The notes beneath the pieces are model-generated. The model saw nothing but the letters and a program-made list of their open reading frames with translations, ran no database searches and was not told where the DNA came from. A stretch of 64,000 nucleotides of DNA, from the NCBI GenBank assembly GCA_023410715.1, contig JAEYPN010000012.1, positions 1 to 64,000 on the forward strand, in the 5' to 3' direction. Source of the stretch: Bacillota bacterium (lineage in GTDB: Bacteria; Bacillota_I; Bacilli_A; Izemoplasmatales; UBA1188). Of the stretch, positions 12,675 to 22,194 are shown one piece after another. The first letter of the stretch is position 1. The number at the start of each line of letters is the position of its first letter. The translations under genes and the position numbers were made by a program.

Positions 12675-15092
12675 TTATATATCATATTTACTCATTATTT
12701 CCGCTGGTGTTTTTCTTACAAGAAGGAATACAGGAATTAATCCAAATACGTAATTAACAATATACATTGATAAAGCACCTAGAACAAGTAAATATATTGG
12801 TAAATAGAATACTTCTGTTATTCCATTTAAGGCATTATTAACGCTATAAATAAAGTAAGCACAAAGAAGGTATCCTATAAGAGAGCCGATTGTTGTATAA
12901 GCAGTAATTTCACCAATAAAGATTTTAATAATATCTTTCTTTGTTGCACCAATAGAACGATAAATCCCTACTTCTTTTACTCTTGAAATAAGACTTGAAC
13001 GCATCATGAAGATTAAGTATACAAGTAGAATCATTAAAAATATCCCAAATACAGTGATAGTCGTTAAATTATCAATTATTTTTCCTTTACGGTATGTTTC
13101 TATTTGTAACTTATAAGCATCATAAACATTATCCATTCCCAATTCATTAATAGCCTTAATTGCTTCTTGTTTATTCTTAGTAAAGAAATAAACTTCGTTC
13201 TCTTCATTAATTAAAAATCTAGCTGCCATTCGCTTATTAGCCTCAGTTTCAGAAAATATATACTGAATATTAGAATCAGATTCAAAAGTTCCCACGATAT
13301 CATATTTCTTTAAAGTATTAATTGTATAGTCACCAAAAGTGATGCTTGACGGAAAATCTTTCGAACTATAAAATTTTGAATTTACTAATACTTCATTGTC
13401 ATTACTAATATCTCGACCATTTTTAACCGTGTAATCTATTCTATCAGCACCAGAAAATTCAAAGTATGAGTTTAAATAATCAGTATAATCATCTTCATCA
13501 AGAATAATGTAATTACCATTATCATTAACTATATCAGCAATTATAAGTCGTTTTTCGCTAAATAATGTGAATTTAATTATCCCATCTATCATATCTTCGA
13601 TATTTGATAAACCCATTGAGCTAATACTAGAATTTTTTAAAATACTATCTGCAACCCATTCATCTATAATAACTGTTCCTGGTGCTACATCAATATTATC
13701 AAACATAGAATCCGGAGCTATAAAACATCTAGTGTTGCTATTGCCAAAATATCTACCTTGGTAAAAGTTAGTAAATTGTCCACCGATATATGCTGTTTCT
13801 GGCAATAACGATAAGGCCTTAACGCTTGATACATTTAAAATTTTGTCAATATCCTTTTCATCATAAGGATGATCTTCATCATACTTTAAAACAATTAAAT
13901 CTTTAGTTCCATAATAAATTTCGCTTGGATTAACTTTTAAAGTATTACCAATTTTAGCAATGTTGAAACAAAAGATGAAGGCCATGACAAAGAAACCAAC
14001 TAAGAATAATTTAGTATGCCATTTCATAACACTAAGCTTTTTAAATCCATCTTTAATACAATCACCAAGGCGGATAAAGGATTTTCGATTTCTGATGCTT
14101 TCAATTGGTTTAATATCCCCGATGTTATAACTGTGTTCTAAAATGTTCTCCTTGAGCGCATGTTCAAAATGGGCATCAATAAACTTAATTTCTGATGAAT
14201 TATCGACAATATTAAGTTTTTGATTTGTACTAGGTTTAATGTAATATGTGCCGTTTTTGTAAACAATATCTAATTTTAATCCCATTTCTTCATTTGTATC
14301 AGTATAGTAATTAATCTTTAAATTATTTAACTTATCTTCTTTTTTTTCTAGATCACGTAAATAAATGTTACGTTCATCCATCCTGTTTAATGTGCCTTCA
14401 AAGCGGTTATCATATTCATCAACAATTTTACCATCTTCTAAATGAATAATGTGATCAGCAAAGAAATCAACAAGCTCTTTTTCATGAGATACTAAAACTA
14501 CTAAGCGATCTTTTGAGATTTTCTTAATAATCTTCATGACCTCAAGCGTATTGTTTGAATCAAGATTACCTGTTGGCTCATCCGCAATAATGACTTTGGG
14601 ATTTTTTGCTAAGGCTCTTGCTATCGCTACACGCTGTTGCTGTCCACCTGATAAAGCCATGACATTTCGATTTTTATATTTATCCATGCCAACAGCTTTA
14701 AGCACATAAACAATTCTCTCATCTATTTCTTCTTTATCATAAAGTCCCGCCATATTTAAAGAAACGCGAATATTATCATAAACAGATAATGAAGAAATTA
14801 AATTATAATTCTGAAAAATATAGCCAATGTTTTTATTTCTTATTTCATCCCACTCTTTGGCATTATATTTTTTTAGAATTTTTCCTTCAAATTCAATTTC
14901 ACCATCTTGGATTTTATCAAGACCACCAATTACATTTAAGAGAGTTGTTTTTCCACTTCCTGAAGTTCCAAAAAGCGCAACTAAACCTTTTTCAGGGAAA
15001 GTTATAGAAATATTATTAGCGACATGAATTTCATTTGATTTTCGATAATTAAAATATTTGTTTATATTTGTCAATTTTATCATCTCTGTCAC
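12675..15092 (-). CDS. MacB-type ABC transporter with fused ATP-binding domain and FtsX-family permease
   Basis: The N-terminal NBD has Walker A GTSGSGKTT, the signature LSGGQQQRV, Walker B IIADEPTGNLD and an H-loop. It is followed by TM1, an extracytoplasmic domain of about 280 aa and three C-terminal TM helices, which is the MacB/FtsX topology. Confidence 0.9.
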   Translation of the reverse strand: MTEMIKLTNINKYFNYRKSNEIHVANNISITFPEKGLVALFGTSGSGKTTLLNVIGGLDKIQDGEIEFEGKILKKYNAKEWDEIRNKNIGYIFQNYNLISSLSVYDNIRVSLNMAGLYDKEEIDERIVYVLKAVGMDKYKNRNVMALSGGQQQRVAIARALAKNPKVIIADEPTGNLDSNNTLEVMKIIKKISKDRLVVLVSHEKELVDFFADHIIHLEDGKIVDEYDNRFEGTLNRMDERNIYLRDLEKKEDKLNNLKINYYTDTNEEMGLKLDIVYKNGTYYIKPSTNQKLNIVDNSSEIKFIDAHFEHALKENILEHSYNIGDIKPIESIRNRKSFIRLGDCIKDGFKKLSVMKWHTKLFLVGFFVMAFIFCFNIAKIGNTLKVNPSEIYYGTKDLIVLKYDEDHPYDEKDIDKILNVSSVKALSLLPETAYIGGQFTNFYQGRYFGNSNTRCFIAPDSMFDNIDVAPGTVIIDEWVADSILKNSSISSMGLSNIEDMIDGIIKFTLFSEKRLIIADIVNDNGNYIILDEDDYTDYLNSYFEFSGADRIDYTVKNGRDISNDNEVLVNSKFYSSKDFPSSITFGDYTINTLKKYDIVGTFESDSNIQYIFSETEANKRMAARFLINEENEVYFFTKNKQEAIKAINELGMDNVYDAYKLQIETYRKGKIIDNLTTITVFGIFLMILLVYLIFMMRSSLISRVKEVGIYRSIGATKKDIIKIFIGEITAYTTIGSLIGYLLCAYFIYSVNNALNGITEVFYLPIYLLVLGALSMYIVNYVFGLIPVFLLVRKTPAEIMSKYDI

Positions 15093-15095
15093 CCC

Positions 15096-17294
15096 TTAAA
15101 ATGTTTTTAAGACTTTGTTTATTGATGATTTAAAGTTACGTTTAATATATAAAGCCACAATTAATAACGCAACAGCAATTCCAATTAAATAAACAGTTAT
15201 ATAGTCAAAAAACTGATAATACGCAAAGACCTTTTGGGCAAATCTGTATCTTAATAAAGCAGTAAATAAAAGTATATATGCAATTAAATAGCCAAATGTT
15301 ACATGATAGAAAGCTTCAATCATCATTGTGCTTCTAACAAAACTTTTTGATGCTCCAATTGTTCTTAAGACCGCAATATCATCTTTTTTACTGTTCAGAA
15401 TAATTCTATATAAAGCGTAAGTCATAATAAAGGCTAAAGCTAAAAACCATATAAGCGTAACTGTCGAACCAAGTGATGAGAAAAATAAAAGTAATGCATC
15501 AAGTTGGTTATTAGATTCTATCCCCGCAATATATAATGTCTCATAACCCATTTCGTTTAATTTGTCACTAACATTCTCGGCGTTAGCAGCGTTAGCTGTA
15601 AAGACACTTAATTGATATATATCATCATTAATTATTTTTTTATAATCATTTGTACTTGCTTCTAACATTACAGTATTATAATAATAGTCTTTATCAACAT
15701 TTTTTATTGTCAGTTTAACATTATTAAATTTTATTTCACCGCGGTAAAAATCTTTAAATCCTAGATCAAACCTTTTTGCATTCTCGCTTCCTTTATAAAA
15801 GGCGCCTGAAATGATAAATTCATTATCTTTTAAAGTATTATTTTCCTTTATCAATAAATCATAGTAGTTATAATAATCACCACTTTCATTAAATAATTCG
15901 CCATCAAAATAAGATAGAAAACTTAGACAAGTCGCTACAAAAGTTGAATTTTTCATTGCATAAAAGTCATCATCTATAAAATAAACCGAATTACTTTCCG
16001 ATTTATTAGAATAGTAATAAATACCTGTAACTGTCAGTTCCTTATTTTCATCCATCCCAAAATTGGAAACAAACTGAAATGTATGATTTAAAATTTTTTC
16101 TACTTTATCCTTTTTTATTGAACCTTGCTTAAGACCAATGACTACTTCATTGCTGTTTTTGGGCCAATCACCTATTATCTGTTCTTTTTTTATAATGTCA
16201 ACATGACTAATTTGAAAATTTCCCCAAAATATATCATCATTGCCAACCTTATAAATTTCTTGATCTAAAATATAGTCATATTTTATTATTGAGTTAACAT
16301 TATTTATGGCTTTTATCTTGGTAATATCATTTTCAGTAATAATTGATTTATCGCTTTTTCTAATAACAATTCTTTTGTCATTAACATTTTTAAAATATTC
16401 ATTATAATTTGTCATTGCTGATTCTCTTTTAATTGCTAAACTTGACGCATAGCTAAACAAGATTACAAGTGAAAAAATTAAAAATAGAATCATCGTTAAA
16501 ATCGTTTTTTTAGGTGAAGCAAAAACATTTCTTAAGCTAAATAAAGCTTTATCTTTAAAACTAACTTCATTTGCTGCTAAATCTAATCTTATTTTATTTT
16601 CAATATTTTCTATAGGATTCTTTATTTTAATATCTTCAATAATTTTACCATCAAAAACTCTAATCTTTCTTGTCGCAAAATCTTTTACTTCTTCATAATC
16701 ATGCGTAACAATTAAGACAAGCTTATCTTTAGAAATTTCTTTAAGTAACTTAATAATTTCAATACTATTTTCTTTATCTAAGTTACCAGTTGGTTCATCT
16801 GCCGCAATAATTGGGCAGTCCTTAGCTAGAGCTCTTGCAATTACGACACGCTGTTTTTGCCCCCCTGATAACTTTGAAGCTTTTTGGTTAATCCACTTAG
16901 ATAGTCCAACTCGATTAATTATTTCAATGGCTTTTTCTCTTCTTTCTTTTTTACCAATGCCTTGAAACATAATCGCTGTTTCAACATTTTGTAAAACCGT
17001 ATAGGAATCGATTAGGTTATATGTTTGAAAAATAAAAGCAACATTAGTATTTCTGTATTTTTCAATATCGCTAATGGAAAAATATGAAGTAGCTTCTCCA
17101 TCAATATACATTTCTCCTTCTTCATATGTGTCAATACCACACATAACATTTAAAAGAGTAGTTTTACCACTACCTGATTCACCTGTTATAGCTACAAACT
17201 CACCAATACTAACTTCTAAGTTTATTTTTGATAAACCTACAGCTACAACATTATTGGTATAATAAAATTTTGAGACATTTTCTAACTTTATCAT
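15096..17294 (-). CDS. MacB-type ABC transporter with fused ATP-binding domain and FtsX-family permease, a paralog of the downstream gene
   Basis: NBD motifs GESGSGKTT, LSGGQKQRV and IAADEPTGNLD, then TM1, a large extracytoplasmic domain and a C-terminal FtsX-like TM bundle. It sits 3 bp from the next ABC gene, suggesting a heterodimeric pair. Confidence 0.9.
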   Translation of the reverse strand: MIKLENVSKFYYTNNVVAVGLSKINLEVSIGEFVAITGESGSGKTTLLNVMCGIDTYEEGEMYIDGEATSYFSISDIEKYRNTNVAFIFQTYNLIDSYTVLQNVETAIMFQGIGKKERREKAIEIINRVGLSKWINQKASKLSGGQKQRVVIARALAKDCPIIAADEPTGNLDKENSIEIIKLLKEISKDKLVLIVTHDYEEVKDFATRKIRVFDGKIIEDIKIKNPIENIENKIRLDLAANEVSFKDKALFSLRNVFASPKKTILTMILFLIFSLVILFSYASSLAIKRESAMTNYNEYFKNVNDKRIVIRKSDKSIITENDITKIKAINNVNSIIKYDYILDQEIYKVGNDDIFWGNFQISHVDIIKKEQIIGDWPKNSNEVVIGLKQGSIKKDKVEKILNHTFQFVSNFGMDENKELTVTGIYYYSNKSESNSVYFIDDDFYAMKNSTFVATCLSFLSYFDGELFNESGDYYNYYDLLIKENNTLKDNEFIISGAFYKGSENAKRFDLGFKDFYRGEIKFNNVKLTIKNVDKDYYYNTVMLEASTNDYKKIINDDIYQLSVFTANAANAENVSDKLNEMGYETLYIAGIESNNQLDALLLFFSSLGSTVTLIWFLALAFIMTYALYRIILNSKKDDIAVLRTIGASKSFVRSTMMIEAFYHVTFGYLIAYILLFTALLRYRFAQKVFAYYQFFDYITVYLIGIAVALLIVALYIKRNFKSSINKVLKTF

Positions 17295-17330
17295 ATTTTA
17301 CCTCATTTCCTGTCATTTTTTATCTATATA

Positions 17331-17360
17331 ACAAAAAAATGTAGTTTAACTACATTTTTT
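17331..17360 (-). terminator. Rho-independent terminator overlapping the nusG stop codon
   Basis: On the minus strand, AAAAATGTAGTTAAACTACATTTTTTT forms a stem of about 9 bp followed by a U-tract. This separates the nusG transcript from the ABC genes. Confidence 0.7.
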
Positions 17361-17889
17361 CCAATTCGTCATAATTAAATTCGATTGGCGTTTTACGACC
17401 AAACATGTCAATTAAAACTAAAATCTTAAGTTTTTCATTATCAATTGTTTCAACTTCACCAATTCTGTCCTTAAATGCGCCACGCACAATGCGAACTGAA
17501 TCTCCATGTTGAAGATTAATAATGGTAGGAGCAATAACTCCACATTTCTTTAGAATAGGAACCATTTCCTCTTTAGGAATTGGTACTGGACGAGTTTTCT
17601 TACCAGCACTGCCCAAAAATCCTGTAACTCCTGGTGTATTTCTTACTACGAACCATGATTCATCATTATCGATCATTTCGATAAAGACGTAACCAGGGTA
17701 AATTTTAACCATTTTTTCTTTTGTTGTCCCATCAGCTTTTTTTTCAATAACTAATTCTTCTGGAATCATTACTTGGAAAATTAAATTTTCCATACCCATT
17801 GATATAATTCTTTGTTCAAGATTTTGTTTTACAGAATTTTCATTATTAGAATAAGTTTGGACAATGTACCAAAGTCTTTTTTCACCCAT
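17350..17889 (-). CDS. nusG: Transcription termination/antitermination protein NusG
   Basis: 179 aa with an NGN domain (WYIVQTYS...) and a C-terminal KOW motif (GDSVRIVRGAFKDRIGEV). It follows secE. Confidence 0.95.
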   Translation of the reverse strand: MGEKRLWYIVQTYSNNENSVKQNLEQRIISMGMENLIFQVMIPEELVIEKKADGTTKEKMVKIYPGYVFIEMIDNDESWFVVRNTPGVTGFLGSAGKKTRPVPIPKEEMVPILKKCGVIAPTIINLQHGDSVRIVRGAFKDRIGEVETIDNEKLKILVLIDMFGRKTPIEFNYDELEKM

Positions 17890-17894
17890 GATAA

Positions 17895-18404
17895 CTACCC
17901 GATTAACAAGTTAATTATAGGGTTTAATATTACTTCGTATAGAGTAAATAAAAGCGCAAATAATAAAACGAAACCAAATACTCTTAAACTGTCTCCAACA
18001 AGCTTCTTAGGTGTTGGCCATGATACTTTCTTCATTTCCTTAAAGCTTGGCATTAAATAAGGAATTAATAAGAATAAAATTACTGCAACACCAATTGCGA
18101 TTAGAACCCAAGCAATAATCTTAATCTTTAAATCTGAGTTAAAAATCCACCAATCAGTTTTATCAACTGTCACAACTTGGCCGTCAAGAATATATACACC
18201 AATCAATGATAAAAGTGGAGCTAATATCGCAAGAATCCAATTTTCAAAAGGATATTCTTTACGTAAAATTTCCAACACTTTACTATTTTTAGGTTCGCTT
18301 TTTTCTTTAACAGCTTTTGCTGGCTTTAAATTTTCTAGTACATCTTCTACATCTTCAAGATTTTCGTTTTTAACTCCGTCTTGAACTTTTTTTTCTTCTG
18401 ACAT
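17895..18404 (-). CDS. secE: Preprotein translocase subunit SecE, an unusually long 3-TM form
   Basis: The C-terminal conserved SecE segment (EMKKVSWPTPKKLVGDSLRVFGFVLLFALLF) sits in the conserved rpmG-secE-nusG position. There are two extra N-terminal TM helices. Confidence 0.85.
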   Translation of the reverse strand: MSEEKKVQDGVKNENLEDVEDVLENLKPAKAVKEKSEPKNSKVLEILRKEYPFENWILAILAPLLSLIGVYILDGQVVTVDKTDWWIFNSDLKIKIIAWVLIAIGVAVILFLLIPYLMPSFKEMKKVSWPTPKKLVGDSLRVFGFVLLFALLFTLYEVILNPIINLLIG

Positions 18405-18414
18405 AATATCACTC

Positions 18415-18561
18415 CTATTTGCTTTCTTTGTGTAATGTATGTTTATTACACTTCTTACAAAATTTAATCATTTCAAAACGTGATGTGTTTTCTTTGTTTC
18501 TAGTAATGACATAGTTTCTTGAAAGACACTCACTACAAATTAATATCGCTTTTACACGCAT
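18415..18561 (-). CDS. rpmG: 50S ribosomal protein L33 (48 aa), not in the ORF track
   Basis: Manual translation gives [48 protein letters not shown], which includes the C-x2-C...C-x2-C zinc ribbon. Its stop lies 10 nt upstream of the secE ATG. Confidence 0.85.
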   Translation of the reverse strand: MRVKAILICSECLSRNYVITRNKENTSRFEMIKFCKKCNKHTLHKESK

Positions 18562-18652
18562 ATTATCAACTCTCTTGCTTTAAATAATTTATCAAAATTT
18601 AACTATTTTGTCAAGGTATAATTTAGATATTACCAAATATGAACTAAAATTT

Positions 18653-19219
18653 CTATTTTTCTAGTGATTTAATTTTAGTTTTTACCCGATGTAGGGCATT
18701 ATATACCTTTTTTTTAGAAACCTTTAATTTTTCAGCTGTCTCTTCCACTGACAATTTGTTTTTAACTCTTTCTTCAAAAATCTGTCGCTCTAACTTTGTT
18801 AGTTCATCAATTTTTTCATCTATAGCCTCTATGGCATAACTATAATCATAAATAGGCTCAGATTCATAAATGTAGAAATTTTCTTCAGATAAAACTACAG
18901 GTTGTTTCTTTCTAACATTATATAAGGTACAATACCTATTCTCTAAATTAGATTCAAAATACCTGGTAAAGCTCTTGTTCCTTGAATCATCAAATTTTTT
19001 TATTGAGCGGTATAAAACAATTAAGCCCTCTTGAAACATATCGTCATATTGATCAGCCAGGTTATATTTAACAATAATTTTCGCAATTAAGAACTTGTAT
19101 TTTATGAATATTGATTCTAGAGCATCGCTATTTCCGCTTTGCGCTAATTCAATTAATTCATAATCATTTAAGTCTGCGAATTTTATTGTCATATTCAAAT
19201 TGTATATTAATAAGGTCAA
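18653..19219 (-). CDS. sigH: Sigma-70 family sigma factor, SigH-like by synteny (rlmB-sigH-rpmG-secE-nusG)
   Basis: 188 aa with a region 2 (LIVLYRSIKKFD) and a region 4 HTH (LSVEETAEKLKVSKKKVYNALHR). The position matches B. subtilis sigH. The exact start is uncertain: it is either the TTG at 19219 or the ATG at 19192. Confidence 0.75.
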   Translation of the reverse strand: MTLLIYNLNMTIKFADLNDYELIELAQSGNSDALESIFIKYKFLIAKIIVKYNLADQYDDMFQEGLIVLYRSIKKFDDSRNKSFTRYFESNLENRYCTLYNVRKKQPVVLSEENFYIYESEPIYDYSYAIEAIDEKIDELTKLERQIFEERVKNKLSVEETAEKLKVSKKKVYNALHRVKTKIKSLEK

Positions 19220-19276
19220 AACATAAAGTTCTTTCCTTATTTGGCGAAATTAAATATCTCGCTTTTTACCTTTCCT

Positions 19277-19993
19277 TTATATTTTTGTTTTTCTTCTTAA
19301 AATATCAAATAATAAAATACCTGTTGACACCGAAGCATTTAAACTATTAACGTGGCCCACCATCGGTATTTTAACTAAATAGTCACAATTTTCTCTAACT
19401 AGTTTTCGCATACCCATGCCTTCAGAACCAATAATTAAACATAAAGGCATGTTAACATCTAAATCATAATAATTGATTTCTGCTGAAGCATCAGTTCCGA
19501 CAATCCAGAAACCAGCTTTTTTCAAAGTATCAATTGTTTGATTTAAGTTAGTCACCTGAGCAACTTTAACATGTTCTAAAGCTCCAGTTGAAACTTTTAA
19601 AACTGTTTCATTTAGGCTAACACTCCTGTTTTTAGGAATTATTACTAAATCGACACCACTAGCATCAACACTTCTTAATATTGCGCCAAAATTATGAGGA
19701 TCACTCAATTCATCAAGCATTAAGTAGACAGGTTGTTCTTTTCTTTCTTTTAATGCTTGATTTAAATCGGTATATAAAAAATCAGTAATCTCTAATACAA
19801 CCCCTTGTTTAGCATCAACAAATCTTTTGTTAAACTCATTTCTATCTAAGAAGGTTAGTTTAGATTTTTTCTCTTTAAGCATTTCTTCTACATCAGGATT
19901 TAATCCCTTAATCAAGAATGCTTCAATTATACTATGATTCGTTTTTAGAACTTCGACTGCGGCATTCTTACTTTTTACTAAAATGCTCATCAC
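19277..19993 (-). CDS. rlmB: 23S rRNA (guanosine-2'-O)-methyltransferase RlmB, TrmH/SpoU family
   Basis: Combines an N-terminal L30e-like substrate-binding domain with a SpoU methylase fold (LIIGSEGMGMR, VGHVNSLNASVSTGIL). The position matches yacO/rlmB. Confidence 0.85.
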   Translation of the reverse strand: MMSILVKSKNAAVEVLKTNHSIIEAFLIKGLNPDVEEMLKEKKSKLTFLDRNEFNKRFVDAKQGVVLEITDFLYTDLNQALKERKEQPVYLMLDELSDPHNFGAILRSVDASGVDLVIIPKNRSVSLNETVLKVSTGALEHVKVAQVTNLNQTIDTLKKAGFWIVGTDASAEINYYDLDVNMPLCLIIGSEGMGMRKLVRENCDYLVKIPMVGHVNSLNASVSTGILLFDILRRKTKI

Positions 19994-20040
19994 TACACCT
20001 CTATTTTAACATACTTTGTTTTTTTTATTTTTGAAAAAAA

Positions 20041-20424
20041 TTACTCTTTTTCAAACTTCTCAATATACTCAATATTTAATTTAATTATTTCATCTAACCT
20101 TTCATATCTTTTGTCTAAATATAGAAAGCCGATTAATGATTCAAATCCTGTTGATTTATGATAATCGCCTAAATCACAGTTTTTAGGTTTATGGCTAGTT
20201 TTAGCGTTTCTTCCCTTTTTAAAAAAATCAATTTCTTCTTGAGATAACAGATTTATTAGCTCGTCAATAAATAAAGCTTGATTCTTTCCGCTTGTATATT
20301 TTATTGCCTTATTATGTAGATCATCTACTTTAGTAAAGCCTTGATTCACTAAGTATTCTCTAATTTTAAGTTCAAAAATTGCATCACCTATATAAGCTAA
20401 TGTTAAGCCAGAATATTGTAACAT
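20041..20424 (-). CDS. mrnC: Mini-ribonuclease 3
   Basis: 127 aa with the RNase III signature segment LAYIGDAIFEL. It lies between cysS and rlmB, as in Bacillus. Confidence 0.85.
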   Translation of the reverse strand: MLQYSGLTLAYIGDAIFELKIREYLVNQGFTKVDDLHNKAIKYTSGKNQALFIDELINLLSQEEIDFFKKGRNAKTSHKPKNCDLGDYHKSTGFESLIGFLYLDKRYERLDEIIKLNIEYIEKFEKE

Positions 20425-20425
20425 T

Positions 20426-21757
20426 TTACATTATTCCTTTTTCAGTTAACTTGATTCTTAGTTTATCAGCTTCATCAAAATTCTTGTTTTTTCTTGCTTC
20501 AATCCACTGTTTATAAATCGCTCTTTCTTCATCAGTTAAGCGATTAACTTTGATGCTTAAACCAAGAATATCTAAGAATGTATTTAATGTAGAATAAGCA
20601 TAAGCCTTAACACCAAATTCTGTTTTCGAACGTAACATATTATTGATTATCTTGAATAATTTTTGTAACATCGTAATCGCATTTGGTGTATTAAAATCAT
20701 CACTTAAATTATTAACAAATTCTTCTTTAATTTCTAATATTTCTTGTGTCTCAATAACGTCATCAAAGCCATCATTAATATCTAAATCTAAAAATAATGC
20801 CTTATATGAAGATTTCATCTTTTCCCATTCTTTAACGTTAGCTTCATAAGTGGTATAAGAGAAATTAATTGGGCTATGGTAACTTGTTTGAAGTAAGAAT
20901 AGTCTGTATGCTAATAAATCACCAGGTAAATCTTTGACAAATATAACATTACCAATTGATTTACTCATCTTTTCCCCTTCAAGATTTAAGCGACCGCTAT
21001 GCATCCAAAAGTTCGCAATGTTATGATGGTGTAAGGCTTCTGATTGAGCAATTTCATTTTCATGATGAGGAAATAACAGATCTGTTCCCCCACCATGAAT
21101 ATCAATTTTCTCATGAAATATATCATCTATCATACAAACACATTCAGTGTGCCAGCCAGGACGTCCTGTTGAAAAAGGTGCTTCCCAGTTAATTCCAGAT
21201 TCAGTTTTTTTCCAAATTGTAAAATCTAATGGTGATTTCTTTTTTTCATTAACATCGATTCTAGCACCACTAATTAGATCATTAATATTTTGGTTTGATA
21301 AATTACCGTATTTTTCAATTTTTGATACATCAAAATATACATCCCCATCAACTAAGTATGATGCTCCACTATCAATTAAATCTTGGGTAAACTTAATAAT
21401 CTTATCCATATACTTTGTTACTTGAGGTTTAAGATAATCAGTTCTACTACCTAAAGCTTCAGCGTCCTTTAAAAAGGCTTTAATATATTTGTCAGCTACT
21501 TCTTTTTCAGAAATCCCTTCTTCAAAAGCTCTTTTAATTATCTTATCATCAACATCAGTAAAGTTAGATACAAAGTTCACTTTATATCCTAAATATTCAA
21601 AAAATCTTCTTACGACATCAAAAAAAACAACAACTCTAGCATTACCAATATGAATATAATTATATACTGTTGGTCCGCAGACATACATATTCACAGTTTT
21701 TTCATGAATTGGTTTAAATTCTTCTAATTTGTTTGTATAAGAGTTAAATATTTTCAT
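20426..21757 (-). CDS. cysS: Cysteine--tRNA ligase
   Basis: A class I aaRS with HIGN (HIGH-type) and KMSKS motifs. It also has cysteine-ligase motifs (CGPTVYNYIHIGNAR, WHTEC) and the C-terminal DALR-2-like domain. Confidence 0.95.
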   Translation of the reverse strand: MKIFNSYTNKLEEFKPIHEKTVNMYVCGPTVYNYIHIGNARVVVFFDVVRRFFEYLGYKVNFVSNFTDVDDKIIKRAFEEGISEKEVADKYIKAFLKDAEALGSRTDYLKPQVTKYMDKIIKFTQDLIDSGASYLVDGDVYFDVSKIEKYGNLSNQNINDLISGARIDVNEKKKSPLDFTIWKKTESGINWEAPFSTGRPGWHTECVCMIDDIFHEKIDIHGGGTDLLFPHHENEIAQSEALHHHNIANFWMHSGRLNLEGEKMSKSIGNVIFVKDLPGDLLAYRLFLLQTSYHSPINFSYTTYEANVKEWEKMKSSYKALFLDLDINDGFDDVIETQEILEIKEEFVNNLSDDFNTPNAITMLQKLFKIINNMLRSKTEFGVKAYAYSTLNTFLDILGLSIKVNRLTDEERAIYKQWIEARKNKNFDEADKLRIKLTEKGIM

Positions 21758-21880
21758 TTTTTCACATCCTTAATATAGTAAATATTATATGATTTTTGTT
21801 ACTAAATTGCAATTAAAATAAGAAATGCACTACTAGAGAAGATAAGAGTTTTAAATTTTATAATTTGAAAGCCACAAAAA

Positions 21881-21905
21881 AAAGCGGGAAACTCCGCTTT
21901 TTCTA
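21881..21905 (-). terminator. Bidirectional rho-independent terminator; ends the csp transcript
   Basis: A 7-bp stem (AAAGCGG...CCGCTTT) with a 6-nt loop, flanked by an A-run and a T-run. Confidence 0.8.
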
Positions 21906-21913
21906 TTTTCAGA

Positions 21914-22114
21914 TTAAAGTTTTCTAATATTTGATGCTTGTGGTCCGCGTTCGCCTTCAACGATATCAAATTCTACTTCTTGACCGTTTTCTAAAGACTT
22001 GTATCCGTCTCCTTGAACAGCAGAGAAATGAGCAAATACGTCTTTGCCATTTTCACCAGTAATAAATCCATAACCCTTTTCTGAATTAAACCATTTAACA
22101 GTGCCTTTCATTGT
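21914..22114 (-). CDS. cspA: Cold-shock protein of the CspA family
   Basis: It begins [17 protein letters not shown] and carries the RNP1/RNP2 motifs. It is 66 aa from the second in-frame ATG. Confidence 0.93.
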   Translation of the reverse strand, partial: TMKGTVKWFNSEKGYGFITGENGKDVFAHFSAVQGDGYKSLENGQEVEFDIVEGERGPQASNIRKL

Positions 22115-22194
22115 TTTCTCCTTTTCCATATCTTATTTACATTATATCGCAAAAGGTTTTAATAATCAATAAGAAACACCAATTTTTTACTATT

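Noticed and set aside
14827-17262. Two similar plus-strand ORFs (14827-15027 and 17074-17262, both containing KRVV.PLP...P) that looked like a repeated small gene
   Set aside because: They are antisense to the Walker-B/signature region of the two paralogous ABC ATPase domains. Their similarity merely mirrors the paralogy of the real genes.
21758-21913. T-box riboswitch upstream of cysS, and similarly upstream of metG
   Set aside because: The intergenic region is only about 155 nt, with no specifier-loop or T-box consensus (AATTAGGGTGGNACCGCG). metG is directly coupled to upstream genes.
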